Positions 31,936 to 32,000 of a stretch of DNA of 32,000 bases are shown piece by piece (position 1 is the stretch's first letter; each line of letters begins with the position of its first letter). Both the position numbers and the translations under genes were made by a program. The stretch lies in the NCBI GenBank assembly GCA_000166095.1, contig CP002278.1, positions 60,001 through 92,000 of the forward strand. The letters are read 5' to 3'. Below the pieces are notes generated by a model, which saw only the letters and a list, made by a program, of their open reading frames with translations, was not told the origin of the DNA and ran no database searches. Source of the DNA: Methanothermus fervidus DSM 2088 (GTDB taxonomy: Archaea > Methanobacteriota > Methanobacteria > DSM-2088 > Methanothermaceae).

Positions 31936-32000
31936 TTAACCCTCGTCAATTGCTGCAGCAACCAATAGAGGAAATATTATCGTTACATCTCCAACTACTG
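31936..32000 (-). CDS. Partial CDS, C-terminus only, function unknown
   Basis: Minus-strand frame VVGDVTIIFPLLVAAAIDEG ending in TAA at 31938..31936, running off the window edge. Confidence 0.35.
   Translation of the reverse strand, partial: VVGDVTIIFPLLVAAAIDEG

Overview
This window looks like archaeal methanogen chromosome from an AT-rich genome, most likely Methanobacteriales and Methanothermus-like. That placement is inferred from cyclic 2,3-diphosphoglycerate synthetase, an MtrA homologue, a TfrA-like thiol:fumarate reductase subunit, two thermosome subunits and MraY/MurG-like proteins. Most of it is ordinary housekeeping: znuABC-like metal uptake with a NikR-type regulator, pelota, hisF, ogg, acs, ilvD, an archaeal signal peptidase, argS, thiolase, HMG-CoA synthase, pyrF and tRNA-Gly x2. 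I see no CRISPR array, intact transposase or recognisable defence island. The best second-look items are: (1) two thermosome genes about 6.5 kb apart in inverted orientation, sharing 526 bp of perfect nucleotide identity but diverging in the centre, which suggests recent gene conversion; (2) unannotated box C/D guide sRNAs on the minus strand at four places (two sit next to each other): a three-guide array at 23651-23734, one whose C box contains the stop codon of a radical SAM gene (28027-28075) with a guide matching a conserved 23S segment, and a tandem pair upstream of tfrA (30593-30717); (3) a duplicated noncoding element upstream of pelota and ilvD; (4) a comparatively GC-rich three-hairpin segment at 19441-19545; (5) a peptide-deformylase-like protein next to cpgS; (6) a solitary MtrA paralogue without a membrane anchor; (7) an HMG-CoA synthase/thiolase pair with no adjacent DUF35 gene. 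All comparisons were made by eye; no database search was run.
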